Of a stretch of DNA of 7,770 bases, positions 1 to 7,247 are shown one piece after another. The position numbers and the translations under genes were made by a program. The stretch comes from Amoeboradix gromovi X-113 (taxonomy: Eukaryota > Fungi > Sanchytriomycota). Below the pieces are notes generated by a model. The model ran no database searches, had not been told where the DNA came from, and worked only from the letters and a program-made list of their open reading frames with translations. The first letter of the stretch is position 1. The number at the start of each line of letters is the position of its first letter. The stretch spans positions 1 to 7,770 of the forward strand of contig JADGIF010000489.1 of assembly GCA_018985225.1 (NCBI GenBank), given 5' to 3'.

Positions 1-1
1 G

Positions 2-841
2 TCTACACTGGCCTTTCAGGCCTGCTACAGTCAAGGAACCACTCTTTTTACGACTGAATCCAATTCGAGTGCGTTTATTAAGCAGGTACAGGATCAATGC
101 AGCAAGTGCTCCACTGAATATGACACATTTTTAAGTGCCTGCGAAGACACGCCCGAGAATATCTTGGAGATGCAAAATGAGATAAGATGCAAAAAGATCG
201 ACGATGTTTTTTGTTTGCCAGAGATCTATTATAGTCAGAGCCTTGCAGTGATGAAAACATTTCAGTGTAGCAATACATGCCATGAATATTTTGCCAAACT
301 TGCCATGTCAGCCGTTACTTTTCCTATCTTTGACATCCACAATACCTGGACTAGATCAGCAATTACCGAATGTGTAGGAACCGACTGCGATAAGTCAGTA
401 CTGTCCCTCCTGGTGAGCGACACACTTAAGATAAGCAGCTCTAACATAGAAGCAGCTAACAGTTCAGAAATTACGGAAATCTGTAGCTCCAACTCTGATC
501 TGGTGGAGTCGATAAACTGCCAATGCGACGCTTCGAATTCTGTGGCAGCTGAGGTCCAAACAAGGTGTGCCCAGGACAATGGAGAGTACTGCTGGACTCA
601 GATTCAAAATGTCTCATCAAATATCTCAAGATTTGACTGCAACAATGCATGTCATAGAACCTACTTCGAGAAAAATTTAAAATCAAAGATAACAAATTCA
701 GCAGCGTCGATTTACTATAGGAAAGGATGGACTCAGGCAGCTTTCGATTCATGCAGCGATAAAAGCACGATTGAGATCTGTTCCTCATCATATGCAACCG
801 TCTGGACTGCTGCATTGTTCCTGCTATTCTTGTTCAAATAA
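2..841 (+). CDS. 5'-truncated Cys-rich repeat protein, probably a GPI-anchored surface protein (at least 279 aa)
   Basis: The frame is open from position 2 (STLAFQACYSQGTTLF...), so the track's TTG start at 164 is internal. Two internal repeats share the pattern RC-x5-[FY]C...F-x-C-x-N-x-CH...YF...WT-x2-A-x3-C. The C-terminus SSSYATVWTAALFLLFLFK* has small residues followed by a hydrophobic tail and no cytosolic domain, as in GPI signals. TAA is at 839-841. Confidence 0.8.
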   Translation, partial: STLAFQACYSQGTTLFTTESNSSAFIKQVQDQCSKCSTEYDTFLSACEDTPENILEMQNEIRCKKIDDVFCLPEIYYSQSLAVMKTFQCSNTCHEYFAKLAMSAVTFPIFDIHNTWTRSAITECVGTDCDKSVLSLLVSDTLKISSSNIEAANSSEITEICSSNSDLVESINCQCDASNSVAAEVQTRCAQDNGEYCWTQIQNVSSNISRFDCNNACHRTYFEKNLKSKITNSAASIYYRKGWTQAAFDSCSDKSTIEICSSSYATVWTAALFLLFLFK

Positions 842-1120
842 AAAGCATCGATATTAAAAACTTACTTCTCTCTTACAGCTCTGCCTGTTGGAAATTAATT
901 ATCAAATTTTAAGCAGTGTTGGATAGTCTTTCGTTCAGTAGACAACGTATCTGCAAGAGGTTCGATCTTTGTTAGTCCTACATCCATCGCTGTGGACAAA
1001 AGAGACTAAATATAAATTATTAATCTCTAGCAATGCACCCAGTCCTAAGAAAGCCGTTTCGTGTAGTCCCGTGTAGTACTGTAACGTACTTTTACAAACA
1101 CGGAAAACGTGGAGACAACA

Positions 1121-1624
1121 ATGGGCTGCCTGATTTTGCTATTTCTATTGGGTTTTCTCATCTCGTCTGTGAGTGGGATCCCGATGGTGGTGCCATCAAG
1201 AGAGCCTGTCGATCCTAGCCGCACCTCCTTTGCAACTACGAGTATAGCCCAAAATCCTGCAAATTTGCTTCAGCCACAGGTGTTGGAGGCAGAGAGCCAT
1301 GGACAAAAGATGATAAGAGAAGCTTATCGTCAAATTCAGGAAGCTACTTCGACATCCGACCACGCAGATGTGTTGCTTTCCTTTTTGACATCATTACAAA
1401 AGACTTTACCCTATACAGACGAGATAAAAAACATGCACTCCACATATTTAAAGCTTCTGGAGGATGGTCTTCATCTTTTATCGGAGTCCAAGAGAAAAGA
1501 GTGTTTGGAAGCCATCCGTGGCTTTAAAGAAGCTGATAGAAATAAGAGAGCCGCTGATGAGCATGTCAAGACAGTGCTGGGAGATCTAGCTAGAATGGAC
1601 CATATCCCAGTACACAGGCAGTAA
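1121..1624 (+). CDS. Secreted protein of unknown function (167 aa), signal peptide plus a probably helical body
   Basis: ATG at 1121 (the track starts at upstream GTG 1109) gives MGCLILLFLLGFLISSVSG|IP, a classic signal peptide. A Pro/Ser/Thr-rich linker and amphipathic helical sequence follow. TAA is at 1622-1624. No family recognised. Confidence 0.7.
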   Translation: MGCLILLFLLGFLISSVSGIPMVVPSREPVDPSRTSFATTSIAQNPANLLQPQVLEAESHGQKMIREAYRQIQEATSTSDHADVLLSFLTSLQKTLPYTDEIKNMHSTYLKLLEDGLHLLSESKRKECLEAIRGFKEADRNKRAADEHVKTVLGDLARMDHIPVHRQ

Positions 1625-1764
1625 TGGTTTGTTTCGACATAAGCTCGGTGAAATTGGCTGTTGCCATAGTGAAGGTGTCCATGTCTCACTAGTCCACTGC
1701 TTCTAATAAACACCAATTGCTAACTACCTTTTTGGCTCTGCTGCAGGTAACTGCAGTATAGGCC

Positions 1765-3366
1765 ATGCTTGTTTTTCTTTGTTTGGCAATCTCGAAATTT
1801 GGGAATCAGTATGTCCCCATCTGGAGCAGTAGTTTGAACAGTGTGGCACTTACTCCATTTGATGTCACCTATGTGTGCCCAGTATGGTTCAGATCTGTCT
1901 TCAGATTCAACAATCTTGTTTGCTATGGCCAGTGCAATGCGTATCTTGACTTTACATATGTTGACAAAAATGGTCTGGGCGACTGCGTAGTGTGCGATGC
2001 TGGCTGTGACTACTGCAGCTATCCTACGCTCCGCTACTGTGCATACTGCAAACCCGGCTACGTCATATACCCAGATCTCAAGAACCCGATCCATGACACC
2101 CCGAGATCCCTTCGTCACTCCTGTGGTTTAGACACGCCATGCAATATCACCAACGGGTATTTCAGAGATTGGACCGATGTTTCCTGCAAGGCGTGCCATT
2201 CTTCATGCGATACCTGCTGGGGCACTTCTGCTAACGACTGCTTGTCATGCCCGCCTCACAGCTATCTTACCACCTCTCGTTCCTGTATAGAATGCGATGC
2301 ATCTTGTTCCACATGCTCTGATGCTGCCACCTGTGCCTCTTGCCCGGCTGCTTTCCATCTTGTGAACGGCCAGTGCATATCCTCGCTCATCAACCTCGAA
2401 CACACTGTTCCAATCGTTGTAGTTTCTTCCACGGTAACAAAAACCATCTATGCTACTGTCACAAACACCTTCTCTTCCGTATTTACCGTAATAGCTGCCT
2501 ATTTGCGTGACGAGCACTTCAACACTATCATTCACAGCAACACTCTCTACTCCAATAACAACTCGACTGTACACATAATGCACCCAGATTGCAACACTTT
2601 CAACTCCACAACGTTGTACCTCAATGCTTACAGGCACGACCTGGTAAACAGCATCGACAGCAATGCTACTACATTTTACAACACTGCTTCTACGTCATTC
2701 ACTAATGTTTCTAGAAGAACTACGACACTGGGTGGCTCGTCTTCGTGTACTGTTGCACTTGCCAGAAACACAGCTGCTGCGCATCCTACAACACATAAAC
2801 CTGTAGCCGATCCCGCCTACAATGTGGGCATCATGTCTTGCATAGCCACTATCACTTCTTACGTAACATCAGACACCGACTGTAAACTATTCGTTGCGCC
2901 TGCCACTGTATACTTGGCAACAACCTCCGTGTGTCTCGAGCATACATCAGACTTTGTTGATTTCAAGACATCCGGCGGAGAGGGTACTGTACAGTCTACT
3001 GACGGGTCCTTTGCATCGGGTTTAGCGACTAGTGCATACTCTGCAGAAACACCAAGAGATGTCTTGGATTACACCCACATCCTGCTCAGCACTGCTGTTT
3101 TGTTACCAACTATGAAAACAACTTACATGGCATCAAGCATTCAAGTGGATGGCCCAGCGGTATTCGAGATGTCCTCAGTTATAGCATTTGCGTCGAATCC
3201 TATGTTCATATTGCTGGCAGTGCTGATTTGTGCGATATTTCTGATGTTTGCGAGTATCCTGAACATACAGAAACAGAAAATATCAATGCTGATCGAGCAG
3301 ATGCAAAATGTGGAGATGAATGTGGCAATTGCAGACCAGGTAGTACCGCTGAAACTAGTGCATTGA
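1765..3366 (+). CDS. Type I membrane protein with furin-like (growth factor receptor Cys-rich) repeats, Ser/Thr-rich stalk, one TM helix and a ~32-aa tail
   Basis: 533-aa ORF with a short hydrophobic N-terminus. FU-type repeats (CVVCDAGCDYC, CKACHSSCDTCWGTSANDCLSC, CIECDASCSTC...CASC) lie at aa ~53-204 (nt ~1921-2376). A Thr/Ser-rich middle leads to TM MFILLAVLICAIFLMFASIL (nt ~3202-3261), followed by basic QKQK. Confidence 0.85.
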   Translation: MLVFLCLAISKFGNQYVPIWSSSLNSVALTPFDVTYVCPVWFRSVFRFNNLVCYGQCNAYLDFTYVDKNGLGDCVVCDAGCDYCSYPTLRYCAYCKPGYVIYPDLKNPIHDTPRSLRHSCGLDTPCNITNGYFRDWTDVSCKACHSSCDTCWGTSANDCLSCPPHSYLTTSRSCIECDASCSTCSDAATCASCPAAFHLVNGQCISSLINLEHTVPIVVVSSTVTKTIYATVTNTFSSVFTVIAAYLRDEHFNTIIHSNTLYSNNNSTVHIMHPDCNTFNSTTLYLNAYRHDLVNSIDSNATTFYNTASTSFTNVSRRTTTLGGSSSCTVALARNTAAAHPTTHKPVADPAYNVGIMSCIATITSYVTSDTDCKLFVAPATVYLATTSVCLEHTSDFVDFKTSGGEGTVQSTDGSFASGLATSAYSAETPRDVLDYTHILLSTAVLLPTMKTTYMASSIQVDGPAVFEMSSVIAFASNPMFILLAVLICAIFLMFASILNIQKQKISMLIEQMQNVEMNVAIADQVVPLKLVH

Positions 3367-4214
3367 AGTGATAATAAATAAACTTTGTTTGTGACATTTA
3401 CTTTTGTTACATTTCTGCCCGGCCACCAGTTCAAGCTGCCCATATTTCCTATCTTCTACGCAGCCACAACATATCAACTCTTGAGCTCCTGCATGTTTAA
3501 TTAATTGCTGTGACAGCACAATTAGGTCCCATTTTCAATTTGATGATTTTACGAGCAACGTTGGTAAAAATTTGACTTGCACTCATTAACAATGATATAC
3601 GCGAAAATCTGCGTAATCAGTCTATACCATTATTGTATACCTGCATATGCTTAGCGGTCAAGGCTTGAATAATATTGCAACCAAATGCAGGCTATCAGCA
3701 ATTTCTAGCTCGAGATTGTAAGCGCACTTGGATGTGATTATTACCTCACATAATATAGAATAAGGCTGATGTTTTTCTAATATCATCGAAACAGTGATCT
3801 ATCCTAATACACTTGACAGATATATTACATCACTCTTGTGGCACATTTGGACTCATAAAACTAGTTTGGGATTTTTGCTGTTTGCGATGTACAAAATTTT
3901 ATAGAAACTAAGAAACTTCACAATTACGAAGAAATGTCAAACTAACAGATATTTTAAAGCAATTATAGTGGCCTAGAAAATTGCGTATTAATGCTATTTT
4001 GAATTAATACAGAGGGTCTCAAAGAATTCGCGAAGTTTTCCAAGTAATTGAAAGAACTTTTCATTAATGATACCTTGAGATTTAAGTTACTAGTCATTCA
4101 TCCTAAAAAAGGCATGCTCAATGAACCTAAAGAACCGCAATACATCTAGTTTCTGTTTTAGCATTTCTAATTGGTACTTAAAACCACAGTAAATAATATT
4201 TGAAACATTGCCTA

Positions 4215-4715
4215 ATGGATTCCAACTCTACGGAATCTGCGACACCAAATCAGCAGCTAATAGGAGCCGCGCAACAAGATAGCTTAGAATTACTAGACAT
4301 AGCCATGAAAAGAAAAGCGCAGATAAATTATGTCGATGGATTAAAAAATACTGCTATTCATTATGCATGTCAGTGCGGAAGTCCTTCGGTTCTTGAACTG
4401 CTACTCAATAAGATGCCTGAAAATCTTGTGTATCTAAAAAACGTTCAAGGAAACACACCATTGCATTTAGCCTTAGATGGTAAGCATTCAGAAGAGGTGA
4501 CAATGAAAATAGTAAAATTGATATTGAAGCATAGTCCATTATTACTAACTAGAAACAAAGATGGGATGACATGTATTGATTTAGCTGGTGGGTCGGTAAA
4601 AGAATATTTGCAAGATCATATCGACAACAAATCACCTACTAAAAACAATAAGAAAATGCAAATAAGTTTCTTGGATAAGAAAGATATTGATGCAGATGAT
4701 GATGATGATGAATAA
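4215..4715 (+). CDS. Small ankyrin-repeat protein (166 aa) with acidic C-terminus
   Basis: First ATG is at 4215 (the track starts at TTG 4200). Ankyrin motifs: INYVDGLKNTAIHYAC, KNVQGNTPLHLAL, RNKDGMTCIDLA. The N-terminal ATPNQQLIGAA and the DIDADDDDE tail resemble, from memory, a conserved small fungal ankyrin family (unverified). Confidence 0.9.
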   Translation: MDSNSTESATPNQQLIGAAQQDSLELLDIAMKRKAQINYVDGLKNTAIHYACQCGSPSVLELLLNKMPENLVYLKNVQGNTPLHLALDGKHSEEVTMKIVKLILKHSPLLLTRNKDGMTCIDLAGGSVKEYLQDHIDNKSPTKNNKKMQISFLDKKDIDADDDDDE

Positions 4716-4774
4716 ATTCATTTTGTAGTGAAATTGTGTCAATTTAGAATAACTCTGATTTATTTGCTCATATA

Positions 4775-4954
4775 CTAATACCAGGGACCAAAACCGCCAT
4801 AACCGCCATAGCCTCCACCAAAACCACCATAGCCCATGCCTCCATAAAATCTCTTCTTTAATCTCGCGTGAGGTTGGGGTTGTCCGCTGTCAGGGCTAGA
4901 TCCGCCAGCTTTTTGCTGAATAGCTAGAATTGAAAGTAGTAGAGTGAATATCAT
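4775..4954 (-). CDS. Gly/Tyr-rich secreted prepropeptide (59 aa), not in the ORF track
   Basis: Hand translation: MIFTLLLSILAIQQKAGGSSPDSGQPQPHARLKKRFYGGMGYGGFGGGYGGYGGFGPWY*, with ATG at 4954-4952 and TAG at 4777-4775. It has a hydrophobic N-terminus, a pro-region and KKR, then a 24-aa Gly/aromatic peptide. Gly codons vary synonymously (GGA/GGC/GGT), which points to coding sequence rather than a simple DNA repeat. Confidence 0.8.
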   Translation of the reverse strand: MIFTLLLSILAIQQKAGGSSPDSGQPQPHARLKKRFYGGMGYGGFGGGYGGYGGFGPWY

Positions 4955-5150
4955 GAAATAGAGGTACTCTGTCGCCTAAATAGATAAAAGGGGGCACTTG
5001 TACTATATGATGCTACAGCTGATTGGTACTGTTTCAGCTACAAGAAATCACAAGACACAAAGCAGAAAACGACTAGATTAAAGAAATTTGTAATTATCAT
5101 TTCGGATTAGGAAGTATAAATCATTCTATGTTTTTAAAAAACCAATTTAT

Positions 5151-6380
5151 TTAAATATCCATGTATATTTCACCAATAATTTTAAGACCTCTGGCTCTTC
5201 TAGCCAAAACAATTTCATCAACATTTGGTTCATACAGAACATTATCACACACCTGTCTTAGTACTTGCTGCACTTCTAGTCTACTGCCCTTCCAAATAGT
5301 CTCCATTGACTTCTGAGCCATTTCAGCTTGCAGCCTTCTTGATTCTTCTTCACTAGAAATGGCAGTCTGACCTTGCTCAACCATTTGAAATTTTTGATGC
5401 GATTTCTGCATATCTATGGCACTGCGAACAACTCCGATGGTGTCATGAAACACTGTGGCCTTATCTTTAATGTTGGACCAGATTTTTCCTAATGCCATGC
5501 TGCTCTTTTGGGATGCCTTATTGTCGTAAATGTAACCAATAGCAGTCAGCAGTTCTTTTCCATAGTTTTCCTGCTTAAGGTCTTGAGCTTCGATCAAAAC
5601 TAACTGCTTAAATGTTTCCTCGTTATTTGGATCTTCCACATAAACATTCAGCTTATTCAAAAGGTTGTGAGTAAGCTTCTCAATTCTACTGCGCATTGCC
5701 TCGTCAGACTCCAGCTGCATTTGTTTCTTTTCTTCATCTGTCAGCTCTTTATCCATTTGCTTAAAGGCGGCTCCAATACTTATTTCACCTATTATATTTG
5801 AAAATCTGTCACCACCAAATTGCTGTTTAAAGTACTCTCCAGGGTCCATCATTTGCTCGGATATTCCCTTTTCGCCGTACTTGTCATACTTTGCCTTCAT
5901 TTCCGCGTCACTTAACACCTGATAAGCTTTGCTTAGCAGTTTAAATTCTTCATCCGCTGCTAACTTTTCACCTTCTGGTAGGTTTTGAGTTTTATCAGGG
6001 TGGATTTTTAAGCTTCTTTTGTAATATTGTTTTCTGACTTCATCAGATGTGGCATCCTTAGTTACACCTAAGATTTCGTAGTAATCCCTAGAAGCTTTCA
6101 CAGTTTCTAAAGAATTGTTTTCGTTATTGCTGCGTTTTTGCGATGTGCCAACTGGATCATAAACATGCTGACAGCTCCAGCATTTTATGTTGTCTCCAGG
6201 TAGTAATTCCATTCGCAACATTCCTTGTCTTTTACATTGAGGACAACTGAATAGTAGCGGCTCAACTGTAGATATTAATCTTGCCATCCCTTGTATCAAT
6301 TTTAATCCTCGATTTTGGCGAAGCAATATATGAGACAAACTTTGCGAAATGGCCCCAAATATGTCCAGGAGGCACTCCAT
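5151..6380 (-). CDS. J-domain co-chaperone with DnaJ-X domain (Caj1/Djp1-like) and N-terminal CxxC...CxxC zinc ribbon
   Basis: J domain DYYEILGV...IHPDK...FKLLSKAYQVLSD...YDKYG, with HPD at ~6002-5994. DPGEYFKQQFGGDRFSNIIGEIS follows, then X-domain motifs (LKQENYGKELLTAIGYIY; LEVQQVLRQVCDNVL; RARGLKIIGEIY). The true start may be the Met at 6287. Confidence 0.92.
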   Translation of the reverse strand: MECLLDIFGAISQSLSHILLRQNRGLKLIQGMARLISTVEPLLFSCPQCKRQGMLRMELLPGDNIKCWSCQHVYDPVGTSQKRSNNENNSLETVKASRDYYEILGVTKDATSDEVRKQYYKRSLKIHPDKTQNLPEGEKLAADEEFKLLSKAYQVLSDAEMKAKYDKYGEKGISEQMMDPGEYFKQQFGGDRFSNIIGEISIGAAFKQMDKELTDEEKKQMQLESDEAMRSRIEKLTHNLLNKLNVYVEDPNNEETFKQLVLIEAQDLKQENYGKELLTAIGYIYDNKASQKSSMALGKIWSNIKDKATVFHDTIGVVRSAIDMQKSHQKFQMVEQGQTAISSEEESRRLQAEMAQKSMETIWKGSRLEVQQVLRQVCDNVLYEPNVDEIVLARRARGLKIIGEIYMDI

Positions 6381-6519
6381 GTGGGTGATTTATAGTGATA
6401 ATCTAACCCTCTTGTTTAGTTATAATCATTGTGATAATCACTTGACAATATCATAAAACTTAGCTCAAGCTTTTTTAAGTCTGCTACATCTAATTATTAA
6501 GAATGAATTAAACCAGGAG

Positions 6520-7053
6520 ATAGGCGCTGCTAATTTATGCTATAGTGATCAGAGGAAAAACGAAAATGAATAAGGGATTAGGTCATTCAATCAAAACCAT
6601 TCAGAGGATCTCAGCAGAACTAACACGCCTAATAAAAATTGATTGAAAACAATTTTATGAACTTTGCCGTTGGCGTGAAAGTGAAAAAGACAAAAAATAA
6701 ACAACTCTCAATATCATAGGACTTCTTTTTATTGGTACTGGTATTTTGTCACCATTCAATACTTGACAGATCTACGACTTGGAGCAATTTTTCGCATCAG
6801 AATATGCGAAATGAAAAGAACTCAAAGCTCATTAGAGTTGCGACCATTCTTAATGAGGCCTATTCTACCATAACTTGCTTCAAATGCGATTATCAAAGTC
6901 GAGCGAATGTCAATGATAGATGGTTTCATTGTCAGCAATGCGGTCACCAAGACCATAGAGATATCAATCCAGGTACTTTAAAATAATGTAGGCAAGAACA
7001 TGCTCAAATGGTATCTCCCCAAGTTGTCTACACTTGAGAAGTGTGGGGTTTGA
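6520..7053 (+). pseudogene. Degraded, 5'-truncated Fanzor1-like (eukaryotic TnpB homologue) RNA-guided nuclease remnant: RuvC-II, zinc finger, RuvC-III
   Basis: The 6732-6986 ORF reads ILNEAYSTITCFKC-x14-CQQCGHQDHRDIN, the TnpB/Fanzor C-terminal signature (E-x-Y-[ST]-x3-CxxC...CxxC...RDxN). Another frame gives LLFIGTG at 6722-6742, about 40 codons before the Glu at 6855. Upstream frames carry stops and frameshifts, and the 5' boundary is approximate. Confidence 0.8.
6973..6991 (+). other. Candidate 19-nt spliceosomal intron (GTACTTTAAAATAATGTAG) in the Fanzor-like gene
   Basis: The context is AG|GT...TAG|G, the segment is AT-rich, it contains the in-frame stop and has a TAAT branch-like motif. 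Removal gives HRDINPGKNMLKWYLPKLSTLEKCGV* (TGA 7051-7053), restoring the RDxNxxxN[IM]L spacing. Confidence 0.6.
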
Positions 7054-7247
7054 AATCTTCTTGATTTTTGAATTCTTCACATTTAACGTAGGCGCAAACG
7101 TTACGCAAAAAAAATGCTAATAGACACCAATTTAATTTCCCACAGTTTCCAATTTTAATCAAATAAACCATTTATCACGCTTACATGAACAACATCGCTT
7201 CCACACAGTCTCTTTCTAGCCTTTTCAAACTGCAGAAAACTCGACAT

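Noticed and set aside
78-815. Minus-strand ORFs 78-278, 262-579, 471-815
   Set aside because: They are antisense shadows of the Cys-repeat gene with no recognisable motifs.
1033-1218. 61-aa plus-strand ORF
   Set aside because: It overlaps the signal-peptide gene in another frame and has no recognisable features.
1471-3443. Minus-strand ORFs 1471-1716, 1720-2118, 2245-2637, 2262-2447, 3141-3443, 3206-3397
   Set aside because: They are antisense to well-supported CDSs and are explained by codon bias of the sense genes.
3370-4200. 830-bp gap with short inverted repeats (e.g. GTATTAAT/ATTAATAC 3985-4010, a stem near 3502-3524) and a Cys-containing minus frame near 3360-3530
   Set aside because: The stems are short and AT-rich, as expected by chance. 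I recognised no tRNA, snRNA or protein motif, although a decayed gene or ncRNA cannot be excluded.
4791-4846. CCRCCATAR-type tandem repeats as a satellite or CRISPR array
   Set aside because: They are explained by Gly/Tyr codons of the minus-strand peptide, and there is no repeat-spacer structure.
6507-6521. IKPGD as a decayed RuvC-I (IDPG) motif
   Set aside because: It lacks the Asp, is flanked by stops and seems too close to the RuvC-II strand.
6735-6769. GT...CAG segments (35 or 29 nt) as an intron fixing the FIG-to-NEAYST frameshift
   Set aside because: Both lengths are 2 mod 3, while a length of 1 mod 3 is needed to join these frames.
6732-6986. Intact bacterial IS200/IS605 element or functional standalone 84-aa protein
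   Set aside because: There is no TnpA, the context is eukaryotic, the TTG start is arbitrary and only the C-terminal nuclease portion remains.
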